A DNA stretch of 38,540 nt, taken from Eledone cirrhosa. Its lineage: Eukaryota. The stretch is taken from NCBI GenBank assembly GCA_964016885.1, contig CAXHJY010001191.1:1-38540 (forward strand), read 5' to 3'. The position numbers were made by a program, and so were the translations under genes. Shown here piece after piece: positions 13,149-25,480 of this stretch (position 1 is its first letter; each line of letters opens with the position of its first letter). A model generated the notes under the pieces. The model was not told the DNA's origin, ran no database searches, and saw only the letters and a list, made by a program, of their open reading frames with translations.

Positions 13149-14663
13149 TCTACTATATAAATGGCAATTTCTGTCTGTTTCTGTCTAGCTGTGTATAACC
13201 AGTTGGCGCCTACACCAGTGATCCAATCCTGATGAAAGTTTATGCACATGTTAAGCTAATATTAGGAAACAGGACCAGCTAATTGGATTTCAATAAAAAT
13301 CAATAATGGAATCCCTGGGGACATCTTTACAATGGAGGAGGAAAGAGAAGACCTTTCAGTGAGAGAGGGGGAAGAGGAGATACTACTACTACTGTATGTT
13401 AAATCCTCCCTCCCACAACTCAGTCTTCAAAACGAGGCAACAAATTTGTATTCCTGGCATGTTAATTGTAACATGCGGTCTTTGAGAGTAGAGTTTATTT
13501 TGTCGATATTTCGAGGTGTCGGATTGTAGGAAGATTGTTCTTGATATATAAACGCATGTGTTCCCTATTGCATTTACATTACACGAATTGTCCTTTTAAA
13601 CGTAAGTAACTCCATTCGTTTTCACTTAAACAACAATCTTTTTGCTTGCAACCTTAACACTACTCAGCAAGCCCACATTGGATTTTCAATAAAACCTATG
13701 TTTAATGCCTTTATGCTAGAGTACTGTATCTAAGCAATTCCATTTCTTAACACTTAAACTCCAAGTTTTGAACTTACTAACTTAGCATTACACAAAGCAA
13801 TCCATATGTAGTGTGCGCTTACACTTTCAATGTCAAGATGTTCAATGCTTTTACTTCTTCCATTCCTGGTGGGTTCACCAGTAAGCTGCAACTTCTTGGT
13901 GTCGGTGTCATGAAGCAGTTCAAGGACCAGATCTGCAAACAGGCCGATAACTTTCTGATAGGCACTGTCGATCAGGCAGTTAATCATTTGCACATCACCA
14001 ACTGGATCTCTCTTGCATGAGCCAGTGTCAAGACTGAAAGCATACAGAAGACCTGGAGAGGATTTGCATGTGAATCCCACCTTTGATGTCACCATGGCAG
14101 TCAAGCTGTGCAACAGTGAATGTTACAAGGCCCTCTTTAGGGCCAACACTTCTGATTGTTTATCCAACTTATTATGGTGTTTTTTCTCAGGTTATATCTA
14201 CTATAGGGGAAAACGGGATGGTTTTATTGAATTGCTTCAGTCATTCGAAGGGCTTTACAAACGGTGATATACAGGGTGCTTGAACAGTACCTGAATATGT
14301 TCACTCTGTTATAATTTCTTCAATAATTGCAATGACTTCCTCAATTGTTCTCTTTTCTTGAGCGCTAAGGCAATAAGTTTGCTATTCTTATACATAAGTT
14401 TGTTGAATAAGTTCGATACTCTTCGAGCTCAAACTTCCCCAGCTTATTCACTCTGAATGAAGAAAGCTGGATGGAAGAAGGACTTATGACTTAAATAGCT
14501 ATTGATAGTTCTACACAAAAAATTAATCTGCCATAAACACACTTAGCAAAGGTTGCTACTGAAAATCCAGTATGGGCACCCAGGATCGCTAACATTTTCA
14601 GGCACACTCTGGGAACTGTGAATAACCCCACCTTTCCCAGATATTACCAGGTACTGCAGCTAG
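13149..14663 (+). mobile_element. Non-autonomous Helitron-like element
   Basis: Begins A|TCTACTATATAAA...ctgtctgt and ends ...caggtactgcagCTAG|T. Sits between A and T with no TSD. The subterminal hairpin is weak. Confidence 0.6.
13850..14015 (+). pseudogene. pogo/Tigger (DDE_1) transposase fragment
   Basis: IPGGFTSKLQLLGVGVMKQFKD resembles the DDE_1 motif IPGGxTSxLQPLDVxVNKPFK; the catalytic D is lost. Confidence 0.7.
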
Positions 14664-14819
14664 TATATATATATGAACAAGGACTATAGTGATACTCTTG
14701 TGATTTGTGTTGGTGATCAGAACTATAGCTGGATTGATTTCTGGCAGTTAGATGGACAGACACATTCCTTGCATAGGATGTTCCATAGCACATGGCATTT
14801 TGTCCTATGCTTTAACAAC

Positions 14820-15875
14820 TTTCCAATTTGCTGCCTGAAAGATGGCTATATTTTTTTATCATATTCCCAATGAGAAAGGCCATGCATAAAGGGGCCACCA
14901 GCAAAGTTAAAATCAACAATGAATACAATGAGAAATTCAGCGTACAGGTGGGGGTTCACCAGGGTTCTGTCCTTATCCCCCACCTCTTCATTATTGTTCT
15001 ACAGGCTATAACAGGAAATTTAAGACTGGCTGCCTGTGGGAACTACTATACGCCGATGACCTGACTCTCTTAGCCGATTCTATGACAGAATTAGAGAATA
15101 CATTTCAGACATGGAGGCACAACTTGGAAACAAAAGGCCTCAAAGTCAACCTGTCCAAGACCAAAATACTTGTGAGCAATAGAGGAAACAGAGCTCTGAT
15201 ACCCTCTGGGAAATGGCCCTGCTTGGTATGTAGAAACTCTATCCAGTGTCCCAAATGCAGACAGTGAGTACACAAGAGATGTAGTGAGAAAACAGGCAGG
15301 CTAGTGAAAAACACAGACTTCATATGTGAACCTTGCTTAGGGGTGGTAGGCAAAGACCTTCAGATAGAATGCCCCTTCAAATGCACAGAAGACTCCATAG
15401 AAATAGTTGATAGTTTCTGTTATCTGGAGGACCAAATCAGCTGCGAAGGTGGCTGTGCAGAAAGCATAATTGTGAGAGTAAGAATGGGTTGGAAAAAGTT
15501 CAGGGAGCTGCTGCCACTGCTAACTACAAAAGGTTTCTCACTCAAGATAAAAGGCAAGCTGAACAATGCTTGCGTGCGCTCAGCAATGCTACATGGTAGC
15601 GAAACATGGGCTCTGCGTGTGGAAGATCTATGGCGACTGGAAATAAATAAAGCCTATATGATCAGATGGATGTATAACAGAAGTGTATGTGAACAGCAAA
15701 GTGTAAATGTATTAAGAGTGAAACTGGGCATAAGAGGGATCAAATGCTGTGTGCAGGAGAGAAGACTGTGATGGTATGGTCACGTGATGAGCATGAAGGA
15801 TGACAGCTTTTTAAAGAGGTGTAGGGCTTTAAAAGTTGCAGGAGGCACCAAGAGAGGAAGACTCAGAAAGACTCA
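14820..15875 (+). mobile_element. RTE-clade LINE, RT C-terminal half, frameshifted
   Basis: GVHQGSVL, WELLYADDL, GLKVNLSKTK, WPCLVC..IQCPKC, AMLHGSETWAL, ERRL*WYGHV. Confidence 0.9.
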
Positions 15876-16084
15876 ACTAAATCTTCCAATAGGGATGAGA
15901 CAGGTCCGACTCATCTGGCGCTACAACATTAAAAAAAAGACCTGTGTTGACAAGTCGACGCTGGACTTGGCTCAAAATGGCACAATCCAGCCCCACACCG
16001 TAAACACAGTTGATGGCAGGCCCACGAGGAATTCATCACGGTCATCCAGTGTGGGGATTCAGAAGCAAAATGTGATTTCGTATT

Positions 16085-16460
16085 GAGAAGGGCTTATCGC
16101 GTGGAGTGACGGTTCCAAAACTGGGGTGCTGCTGTGAGAAGGGGAACCATGCAGCATCCAACACCTGAACTTAGGGTCTGCTGTGTGAAGGGTTCGGCAG
16201 GTCCAACTGGCCCATTCCTCCACATAGTGGTGCCATCCAGTTTCAGGCTTCCAAAATCATAGAGAAGGGTTCATTGCATGGAGAGTGCCTGGCTTCGAAA
16301 CTGGGGTGCCGCTGTGAAAAGGGTTCAGTGTGGCCAAATGGCGTGTCCCTCCTCATAGTGGTGTCATGCAGTGCCGGGTTCCAAAACTATTATTCCATTG
16401 GGAGATAGGTTCGGCGTGGCCAACTGACCTGTCCCTCCTCACAATGGAGCCATCCAGTTC
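16085..16460. repeat. Diverged GC-rich complex tandem repeat
   Basis: agggttcggc.tggccaactg...cctc.catagtggtgccatccag recurs at about 16189, 16320 and 16405; aaactggggtgc.gctgtga recurs at about 16118 and 16298. Confidence 0.65.
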
Positions 16461-16650
16461 CACACTGTAAATGTGGTTGGTGTTTAGGAAGGGCATCCAG
16501 CTGTAAAATACCTGGTCAAATTTACAGTCCTCACTGGAGCAAGGTACGACATGGCTAACTCTGGCTAGATTTGCCTCCTGGCATAGACGACCCGTCTAAC
16601 CCATACACGCATGGAAAAATGGATGCTAAATGGCGATGATGATGATGATG
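16461..16650 (+). mobile_element. SINE 3' portion with (GAT)n tail
   Basis: cactgtaaatgtggttggtgtttaggaagggcatccagctgta...ggatgctaaatggcgatgatgat. Confidence 0.7.
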
Positions 16651-16784
16651 TGTATATATATATCCTTGTATATGTATCTCTCTTTCTGTGTGTGTGTGTG
16701 TGTGTGTCTGTGTGTCTGTGTGTGTTTATATCTTGGTGATTCTCTCTCTCTCTCATATATATATTTATAGATATATATGTGACT

Positions 16785-17125
16785 TGATGGTGATAGTGTT
16801 GGTAGTGATGTTGATGATGATAAATAATGTTGGTAGCATTGATAATGATGATGGTAGTATTGAGGATGATTGTGATAAAGATAATGGTGTGCTTGGTGGT
16901 GCTAGAGTCTCATATGAAGTAAATATATATACCCACACACCCATTCTTGTCTTGTGCAGCTTCTCCGCAAATGTGGAGAATATACTTCATATGAGACTCT
17001 AGCACCACTATGTACACCATTATCTTTACCACAATCATCCTCAATACTACCATCATCATCATCATCAATGCTATCAACGTTATCATCAGCATCACTACCA
17101 ACACTACCAACACTATCATCATCAT
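16785..17125. repeat. Fold-back inverted repeat (arms about 137 bp, spacer about 61 bp)
   Basis: ...gtggtgctagagtctcatatgaagta (ending 16921) mirrors tacttcatatgagactctagcaccac... (starting 16983). Confidence 0.85.
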
Positions 17126-17191
17126 CATTACCAACATTATCATTACTATCATCACCACATCACCACCATTACCACTACTAATATTATTGTC

Positions 17192-17225
<34 letters not shown>

Positions 17226-17500
17226 TGATGATGAACGTCACCACTGCTGACAATATCATCATCATCACCGGTGTTATCGTCATCACCATCATCATTATCG
17301 CCGCCAGTAGTACCGTTGTTATTAGCAACACAAACAGTGGTAGAAATTAACAATATCACTTCTATTCACTACTACCGACATTATCGTCATCACCACTAGC
17401 ATTATCATCATACCAGCATCACCACTAGCAACATCATCATCAGTATTATCGCCACCATCATCATCACCACCAACACTATCATAAACCTCATCATCAAATG
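17126..17500. repeat. Degenerate (CAT/CAC)n trinucleotide array
   Basis: Read directly. Confidence 0.85.
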
Positions 17501-17635
17501 AAATGAAACATTAGTAGACAGTGGAGGGGGTGGGTGGGGAAGAAGGAGAATATGAGAAAAAGATAGAGAGGTAAAGATGGAGAGAGAAGCATTTGTATGT
17601 GTGTGTGGAGAAAGATAGTGTGACAGAGGGAAAGT

Positions 17636-17666
<31 letters not shown>

Positions 17667-20254
17667 CCGCATGAGGGGTTGGACATCGAAAAGAAAGAGG
17701 AATTCAGTTAAGACAGACAAGCTGTCTGTTTTAACTGAATTTCTCTTAAAGAGATAGACAGACAGATTGACACGCACGCAAATGAATCTATAGAAAACAG
17801 ATGTGTAGAGGAAGGTGAACGTAAAGATGTACGCACGTATGCATGTATAATAAACACACACTCACGCACATACATAAGATGTTACTAATTGAGACTAGTA
17901 AAATTATTATTCAACTTAGTACTCGATACTTTAAGGAAAGTAAGGTAGATATTAAAAAAAAAACCGTCTTACACACACACACACGTGTGTATGTGTGTGT
18001 GTGTGCGCGCGCGCACACATACAGAACTATACATAACTACTGCACTCACCTGCACACTCTTACAATGACATCCATTCATAGAAGCATATATACAGAATTA
18101 GTGTCTTTTACATATAGATACACACACACATATAGTTGCACACACTTATGACTTGTTTTCACTGTCACAGATATGCATGGCTAAATAGTCACTTACACGC
18201 ACACATTTTATATATATATACACTCATTAACACACTCTTCTAGGTACATACACAAGCTCACACACACAATAAATATACATACATATACAGATAGTGTGTG
18301 TGTTTGTGTGTAATTGACTAACACATCTGTCATCTTCATATACACACCTCTTTTTCTTTCTCACAGGCACAAACATCGTGCTATAAAGTCAGACACATAC
18401 ATATTCACATACATAGCGACGCGTGCGCACGCATGCACACGCGCGCACACACACACACGCTCACGTCCTCTTTCCTTGCATATACATATATATAGGTACA
18501 CAAACCAACACACGTACATTCTGTATTTTGATAGCGCACGCAAATTTCACTAACGCACATACTCACTAGCAGGCAGAACTCAGCGCACATGCACATCTTT
18601 CATAGAAACACATACACACATCTATATACAAACAGAAAGAAAGGCGAACGGTAAAGACCAGATAAGAGACACACACATACGTCTTATACATAGGTGAAAC
18701 TATACACGCGCGCTTCAACGCACTTGTAGATATAAATACGGTAATACACACATCTATACAAACATAACGCACAAACATATCTGCAAAGACCTTTTGGAAA
18801 TAAGTAGCAGATTATAGTCTTTGAATTATACACCTGTGTTTATATACCTGAAAGGAATACAGCTGGAGTGTATATATATATATATATATACACACACATA
18901 CATATAGTCACACATATATACATGCAGATGTATGTATTTACATATGTATGCGTGTATATTTTACATAAATAATAATAATGAAGTTGGCAGGGAGCCTCAT
19001 TGATGTAAGTATCCGGGTTTATATTAAAGTTTGTTGTTGTAAGAGTGGTGTCGTCATTGTTGTTGTTGTGGTTGTTTAGCCCCAGGTCGGTATTATTTGA
19101 GTAGTGTATGATCAAAAGCATTCCAGTTATGACCCTCCTGTTTATTTTTTCTTTTCATGTTTAATGTATGTAACGCTACATTATCTATTGTAACATTATA
19201 AAGACTAGACTATAATTTAAATGACATGTAGCTGCTATTTCTAGCAGTTAAAGCGAATGCTTAGAGGAAGGACTCTCTTGGTTTGTGCAACTGATGTTGC
19301 TATTTAGCCCCAGGCCAGCTCTGATTGAGTAAACCTATGATCAAAGGCATAACAGCTGTGACCAACCCGTATTTTTCTAATGTGCATGGAACCCAGTGTA
19401 GCCAAGGTGTCCCTTTTTACAGTTGTAAAGTGTGATTTGATGGAGATTTGTTGCTATTTCTGGCAGCTAAGACAGTCACGTAGAAGCTGATTTGTGCCGC
19501 TAATTTTGTTTGTTGTTGTTGTAGTTATTTGTGATGAGTTTGTCAAGATACACTGAAATATTATCCTCACACTCCCTTCACTCACCCTAACACACACAAA
19601 CATGAGCAGTCATACAATGAGAATAATTAAGATTCTCCTGTTTCCCATCATCATCATCATTACCACCCCAACCACCACCATACCCCCCCCCATACAATCA
19701 TCATCATATCCCCCCACACTACCACCACCATATCTCCCCACACCACCACCATCATACTAATAACCCTTGCCCTCACTCACATACAAACAACACAGTCAGT
19801 AGGCCAACCAGAAATAGCAACTAAAAAGGAGCAGATCCCAACCTCAGATTAAACCAAGGGAACAGTGTTTCCATTGGCCCTTTCCAATGCTGATATTATC
19901 TGCCAGTTGCAACCCCTGGCAGGAGGAGGTGAGATTTGAACTAAGAACACACAAGGCCAGTTTAGATATTGCAATGCAATCCTTCTGACTCTTTAACAAT
20001 TTCATGAATCCATCACTTCTGAAAGGATGAAGGTTAAAGTTGACTTTGTTGGTTGGGGTTTGAACTCGGACGGCAATGAGTCGAAACAAATACTGAAACA
20101 TTTAACCAGACGCCATAATAACTGCCAATTTACAGCCCAATAGCAACTAAATCTCCCTCAAATCACACACTCACCATTTCACTATCAACGTTTTACATCC
20201 ATTTCCATGCTAGCATGGGTTAGACAAACTCACTTTAAAAAAAAAAATGTTTCT

Positions 20255-20830
20255 CTAGGTACACTATGCCTAAATAAAAAACACAAAGGATAAATATATT
20301 TCTAGGTACACTATGTCTAGATAAAAGACATAAAGGATAAATGTATCCTTAGGTACACTATACATAAATAAAAGACAAAGGATAAATGTATCCTTATCAC
20401 TATGTCTAAGTAAAAGATAAAGGATAAATGTATCCCTAAGCAGGGCCAGCACCAGACTATCTGGCACCCAAAGCAAGGTTAGATTCTGCCCCACCCTTTC
20501 CAGGAAAATATTAATTTCAAAATTCATAAACAATCGATGTAAAAAAAAAGTTTTCAACATTTATTTGTACCTGTATGAAATAAACCAGGATAAAAAACGA
20601 CCCTCAATAAAACTGAAATTTATTTATTTATTTTATAAAATTGTTGATTTGGAGAAATCAGCGCCGTAGGTGCCTGCCTAGTTTGCCTATATGGTAGCGA
20701 CAGCCCTGCCCCTAGGTACACTACCTAAATAAAAGAGAAAGGATAAATGTATACTTAGGCACACTATGCCTAAATAAAAGACACAAAGGATAAATGTATC
20801 TCTAGGTACACTATGCCTAGATAAAAAAAG
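20255..20830. repeat. Minisatellite of about 42 bp, split by a MITE
   Basis: The unit ctaggtacactatgcctaaataaaa.acacaaaggataaatgtatc occurs on both sides of 20441-20708. Confidence 0.9.
20441..20708. mobile_element. hAT-like MITE
   Basis: Termini CAGGGC...GCCCTG. 8-bp TSD TCCCTAAG (20433-20440) / CCCCTAGG (20709-20716), 6 of 8 identical. Confidence 0.75.
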
Positions 20831-20979
20831 CAATTTATTATGGCTGGAACATATTTGATCATAGGTCTACTGATCAACACTGACCTGAGGCTCAACAACA
20901 ACATATCCATGTTCACATGATAATCTCTATTCAAGTAATTCAACTTGATCTGTTAGTAATAGCAGCAACCAAATTTTCT

Positions 20980-21578
20980 TTAATCCTTTCATTACCATAT
21001 TTCTAAATAATTTGAAAATAAATTATTTTGAAAATAATCAAGAATTTGAAGGGATTTTAGTATCATAAATTTCTCATTAAGTTGGTGTTTGGAGCATAAC
21101 TTAAAGTTTCTCACATTAAATTAAGATAGAAGGTTTTTAGATCAATATAAACACTTTAACCCTTTCATTGGTGGATTGGCAGTATCGGACGCCATGCTTT
21201 CCAGCATAGTTACGTCCCTTTACGATCTGAGTTCAAATGCCGCCGAGGTTGACTTTGCCTTTCATCCTTACGGGGTCGATAAAATGAAGTACCAGTAATG
21301 CACTGGGTAATTGCTGGCCTTGTGCCTAAAGTAGAAACAATTATATTTCTAATGAAAGAAAACATTCCCTATGATTTTAAAATCATTTTGAAAATAATCA
21401 AGAATTTGGAAGGATTTAGTATTATAACTTTCTCATTAATTTGGTGTTTGGAGCATAACTGAATAAAGGTTCTCACATAAAATTAAGATAGAAGGTTTTT
21501 AGATCAATATAAACACTTTAACCCTTTCATTATTATATTTCTAATGAAAGAAGACATTCCCTATGATTTTAAAATCAT
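20980..21578. repeat. About 190-bp tandem or nested repeat whose units start TTAA|CCCTTTCATT, interrupted by a SINE
   Basis: 21025-21169 is repeated at 21385-21531, and 21341-21387 at 21533-21578. Confidence 0.85.
21170..21343 (+). mobile_element. SINE (same family as 6111-6292)
   Basis: A-box-like TGGCAGTATCGG, B-box-like GAGTTCAAATGC, core cctttcatccttacggggtcgataaaat. Confidence 0.85.
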
Positions 21579-22531
21579 AAATGAAACTGAATATATTATG
21601 GTAGTCAAATTTGTAACTATATGACCAGGAGTTCAGCTGAGTGGATGATTTCTAGGGAACCATTTCTACATCCTTCCCTGATTGGGGTGTAGAGTGTGTT
21701 CCTTAGACAGGGCTGCTCAATTGCATAGGGGTTTGCAAGGGATAGCTCCCCCTCAGTTACAGCTGTAATCAGAAAAAAATGAGATGTTGATTATCCTCAT
21801 GTTAACTTTAATTAAGCTGAGCTATTAACAAAGACATTTCAGACATGACAACCTTGTTGTTCTTGAGAAGTATGTTTAGGACTACATTATCCAATGTGTC
21901 ATTTATTTGATACTGTAGGGTGTGATTTGAGGGAGATTTCATAGCTATTTCTAGCAGGCCAGATATGTTAGGATACTTCACATTATTATGTGGGTGGTGG
22001 GGTGGTTGTGTGTTTGTGTGTGTGTGAGGGGTGGGTGGGGTGGGGTGGGAGTGACAGTAGTGTGAGAGTGACATAGGGAGGGTGTGACAGTGATATGGAG
22101 TTGACCATGATGTGGGGGAGGTGACAGTGGTGTAGGGAGGCGATAGTGGTGAGACAGTGATATGGAGGTGATAGTGGTATGAGGAGGTGACAGTGGTGTG
22201 TGTGTGTGTGGAGGGGTGATAGTGGTGTGGGAGTGTGTGTGTGGGTGGTGACAACGATGTGGAGGTAATAGTGGTAATGATTAGGATGAGTAGAGATAAG
22301 GATCATAATATCATGGTGGTGATGAAGATGGCAGTGGTAATATGTATACATGCTCATAAATGTATGTATTTATGTACACATATATATATGTTTCTTCTCC
22401 ATAAAAGCCTCTAAAACCAGCTGCACCATGGTCATTTCCTTACTGGAGGACCAAAGTAGTGGTTTAACCCTTTTAATACTAAACTGCTTGAAATTACCCC
22501 TAGTCCTACAATACAAATGAGTTTGTTTTAA

Positions 22532-22728
22532 CCCTTTTAGCATTTAAACCGGCCATATCCGGCCAGAATTCTCATCTCTTTCTAATCAAACTGGCCACTC
22601 ATACTGATGTTAAGGTATTGTTCTCAAAATAAATAATATCAAAATCTCATAGATTTGATATTATGTGAAGTAAAGCCTTTACCATAAAAATATAATAGTA
22701 AATATAGAGTAATGTAAATGCTTAAGGG
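22532..22728. mobile_element. piggyBac-like MITE with TTAA TSD
   Basis: TTAA|CCCTTTTAGCATTTA ... TAAATGCTTAAGGG|TTAA. Confidence 0.8.
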
Positions 22729-22799
22729 TTAAAGTGTTTATATTTATTCAAAATTTTTTCCATCACTAACCTCATGTAGATAGATCTTTTCTGAATCTA

Positions 22800-23400
22800 T
22801 ATTTTACAGCAAAGTATTTTAGCTTCCGTACACACCTCCTTCAGATTTTTCTGTATTTCTGATTTTATCTGATTCTTATTTTGACGACCCTAATAACTAA
22901 CTTATGTTGGGGGGTACACTCTTTTCTAGCAAAGGACTTAACATTCCTAAACACCTGTCTATTTTGTTTTCTAATGAGCAAGAAGTTAACTTGGCTTGCA
23001 TGTTTGCCTCACTGATTGGTTTTCTGAAGTTAGTGTTGTAAATGGTTAGGTTATTTGTATCACAGAATTCTAGGAGCCTTGATTCCTCTTCATTTCTCGA
23101 GCCATATTCATAGCCACTGTGAACTCTGAAGTATCCATCCTTGTGTTGACTAACATGTCTATTGAAGTCACCAATCAGGATGATGAAGTTTCTGTTGTGT
23201 TATTGAGGTTGTCTGTAAGAGGTCCTCATAGAAATGGCCCTTCTGTTCTTTACTTAGTCCTAATTGTAGTGTATAGGTAGAAATTATTTTTGTCAATTTA
23301 TAGCCTATGACTCTTCTGAGCCTGATAATGTTGTCACTTGCATTAACTACCTCAATTACCTTATCTGTTCACCTTTTAGCAAGTAAAATGCCTATTTCAC
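22800..23400 (-). mobile_element. RTE-clade LINE APE endonuclease fragment
   Basis: The minus strand reads IILIGDFNRHV...VHSGYEYGSRNEEESRLLEFCDTNNLTIYNTNFRKP. Confidence 0.8.
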
Positions 23401-24026
23401 CTACATCATCATTTCCTACCCATCTCTCTCTTGCTCTCTGTGTGTTTACATTTGTGTGTTTATGCCCTCTAACTTAATGGTTCAGTAAAAGGATAGTGAT
23501 AAAATAAATACCAGACTTGAAAAAAATAAATACTGGGGTCGATATAATTGACTAAATGGCCACAGTCTAATGACTGAAAGCAGTGGAAACCCCCCCCCCC
23601 CCCAAAAAAAAACAAATCGAAATGAAAAGCCAATCAGCCGTAGTCAAATGGGAAACTGAAGAAATAGTCAGTTCATTGATAGAGATCTTGTCAGACTGGC
23701 TTGGAGGTATCTCTCATTTTCCATTGATAGAGGTATTGCTAGATTGGCTTGGAAATTTTTCTCAAATTTTCTCAAACTCCATCTCTATATCTTGTGGTAA
23801 TGTCATAACCAGGTCAAGGCTCTTCTTTATTTTTGGCATACACATTTAGGTTATCCACAAAGAAGCTTTGTGTGAGATTGGTGTTTCTGTGAGCCAATCA
23901 CATACCCTTCAGGGCTTTTCTACAATTATAAACAGTATCACAGAAAGAGAGATGCTGTTTCTTTGAAATACACACCACTGATACTTTATTATACCAAACA
24001 CAATACAATCACTTCCTCTGTGTGCA

Positions 24027-24336
24027 CTCCCGGGTCTCAAATAATTATCCCCCTCCTCGCTTATTCATTTTTTAGACCTCCCCTCCTCCCTTATTAAATT
24101 TGCTAATCTGTCTCCGGTGAAATTTTCTTTTGACATTAAAAAACATACATGACAAAAAAAAAGCATATTATAAGAAATCTCTTACATTATAAAATGGGAT
24201 GGGTGGGGGTCTCAATATGTAAACTAAACGACTAATTCTGGTTTAAAAAAAAAATCAATGGAGACAACCTAGAAAAATTACCGATTTTCCAAACCATCCG
24301 TTTATTCCACACCCCCTATTATTTGGGACCTGAGAG
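24027..24336. mobile_element. TA-flanked MITE (Tc1/mariner-pogo-like)
   Basis: The TIR CTCCCGGGTCTCAAATAAT matches the reverse complement of the right end, CTCTCAGGTCCCAAATAAT. Right flank TA, left flank CA. Confidence 0.7.
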
Positions 24337-24367
24337 TACTTATATGTGTGGGTGTATATGCATGAGT

Positions 24368-24670
24368 GAAGATGCATGGTTTAGTGGTTAATGTGTTTGT
24401 CTCATGATTGGAAGTTTGTGAGTTCAATTTCTAGTGGTGCATTGTGTCTTTGAGCAAGAGACCTATTTCTAGTCCACTCAGCTGGCAAAAATGAAATGCA
24501 GCAGTAATTTAAAGGGTCAAACTTGTTACACACTGTGTCACATAGGAGTCTCCCAGAAAACTACTTTAACGGTAACCATTTCTATGGAATACTCAGCCAC
24601 ATGTATGTCAATTTCACAAGTAAGTTGTTCTATAGTTATGGAACATTTGCCATCTAAACCAATGGAGATC
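24368..24670 (+). mobile_element. Diverged tRNA-headed SINE
   Basis: TGGTTTAGTGG A box, GAGTTCAATTTC B box, ctttgagcaagagac core. Confidence 0.7.
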
Positions 24671-24694
24671 CAACAACATGTGTATATATATACT

Positions 24695-24915
24695 CATCAT
24701 CATCATCACTGTTTAATGTCCATTTTCCATGCTAGCATGGGTTGGATGGGTTGCCCCATTTGAGGCAAGTCAGGTCAGGTGACTGTCTTGCTCATACAGA
24801 ACTGTTTCTGGCTTGGTTTCTACAGCTGGACACCCTTCCTAATACCAACCACGCTTACAGTATGTGCTGGGCGCTTTTTGTTGTGACACCTACACAACCA
24901 CTTTACAGTGTGGAT
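24695..24915 (-). mobile_element. SINE 3' portion ((CAT)n tail on the plus strand)
   Basis: catcatc...tccattttccatgctagcatggg...cagctggacacccttcctaatacc. Confidence 0.7.
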
Positions 24916-25071
24916 TGGAGTAGGGGGTGTAAAGGTGTGAGATCAGGATGTTGGTGAGGTGTTCATCATCCACTTTTCTAAAAAAATAAATCATACACAA
25001 AACACCAGCATCAACAGTTTTCCAAGAGATGTCAACATGAATGGACCTGTTATTTTTATCTAAAGACTTTT

Positions 25072-25250
25072 TTTCCAATTCCAGCCTGCCCATCCCTTCA
25101 ATCTATCTTATTTCTCATTCTTTCTTCTGATGAAGGACTAGCGTCCGAAACGTTAAGCCCCTCTTACTGCTATTTCAAGTGTTAACCTAATATATTCCTT
25201 CCATACACTGTACCGATTGTGTTGTTATTTCTGTTTACCTTACATATATA
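25072..25250 (+). mobile_element. Solo PLE pLTR-like element
   Basis: Homologous to 7073-7250; contains an HHR. Confidence 0.75.
25124..25157 (+). ncRNA. Type I minimal hammerhead ribozyme
   Basis: CTT-CTGATGA-A-GGAC-TAGC-GTCC-GAAA-CGTT-AAG, with palindromic ACGT at stem III. Confidence 0.85.
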
Positions 25251-25442
25251 CTGTTATACTTGGAGAGGGTCATATTGTTGTAATAATATTGCCAGAAATA
25301 ATAACAGAACACACTCACTGTTTGGTTGGTTTTCGCTTCTGTATCTTTATTATCTCCATAGTTAATATATTTGGCCATCAATGTTTATCACTGACTGACC
25401 AACGGTAAAAAATACAGATATAAATATATATATATAGTCTAA

Positions 25443-25480
25443 CAAAGTTCTTTCGTTGCACATCTGCAACATCATCAGTG
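25443..25480 (-). ncRNA. Type I minimal hammerhead ribozyme
   Basis: Minus strand: CA-CTGATGA-T-GTTGCA-gatg-TGCAAC-GAAA-G-AA-CTT-TG. Confidence 0.8.

Noticed and set aside
13229-13245. CTGATGAAAG as a hammerhead core
   Set aside because: No stem II or downstream GAAA with a cleavage triplet.
13585-13630. Helitron helicase motif (PFKRK...)
   Set aside because: Too short and interrupted to support.
16910-17359. Asp/Gly/Met-rich ORF
   Set aside because: Product of a trinucleotide repeat and the fold-back.
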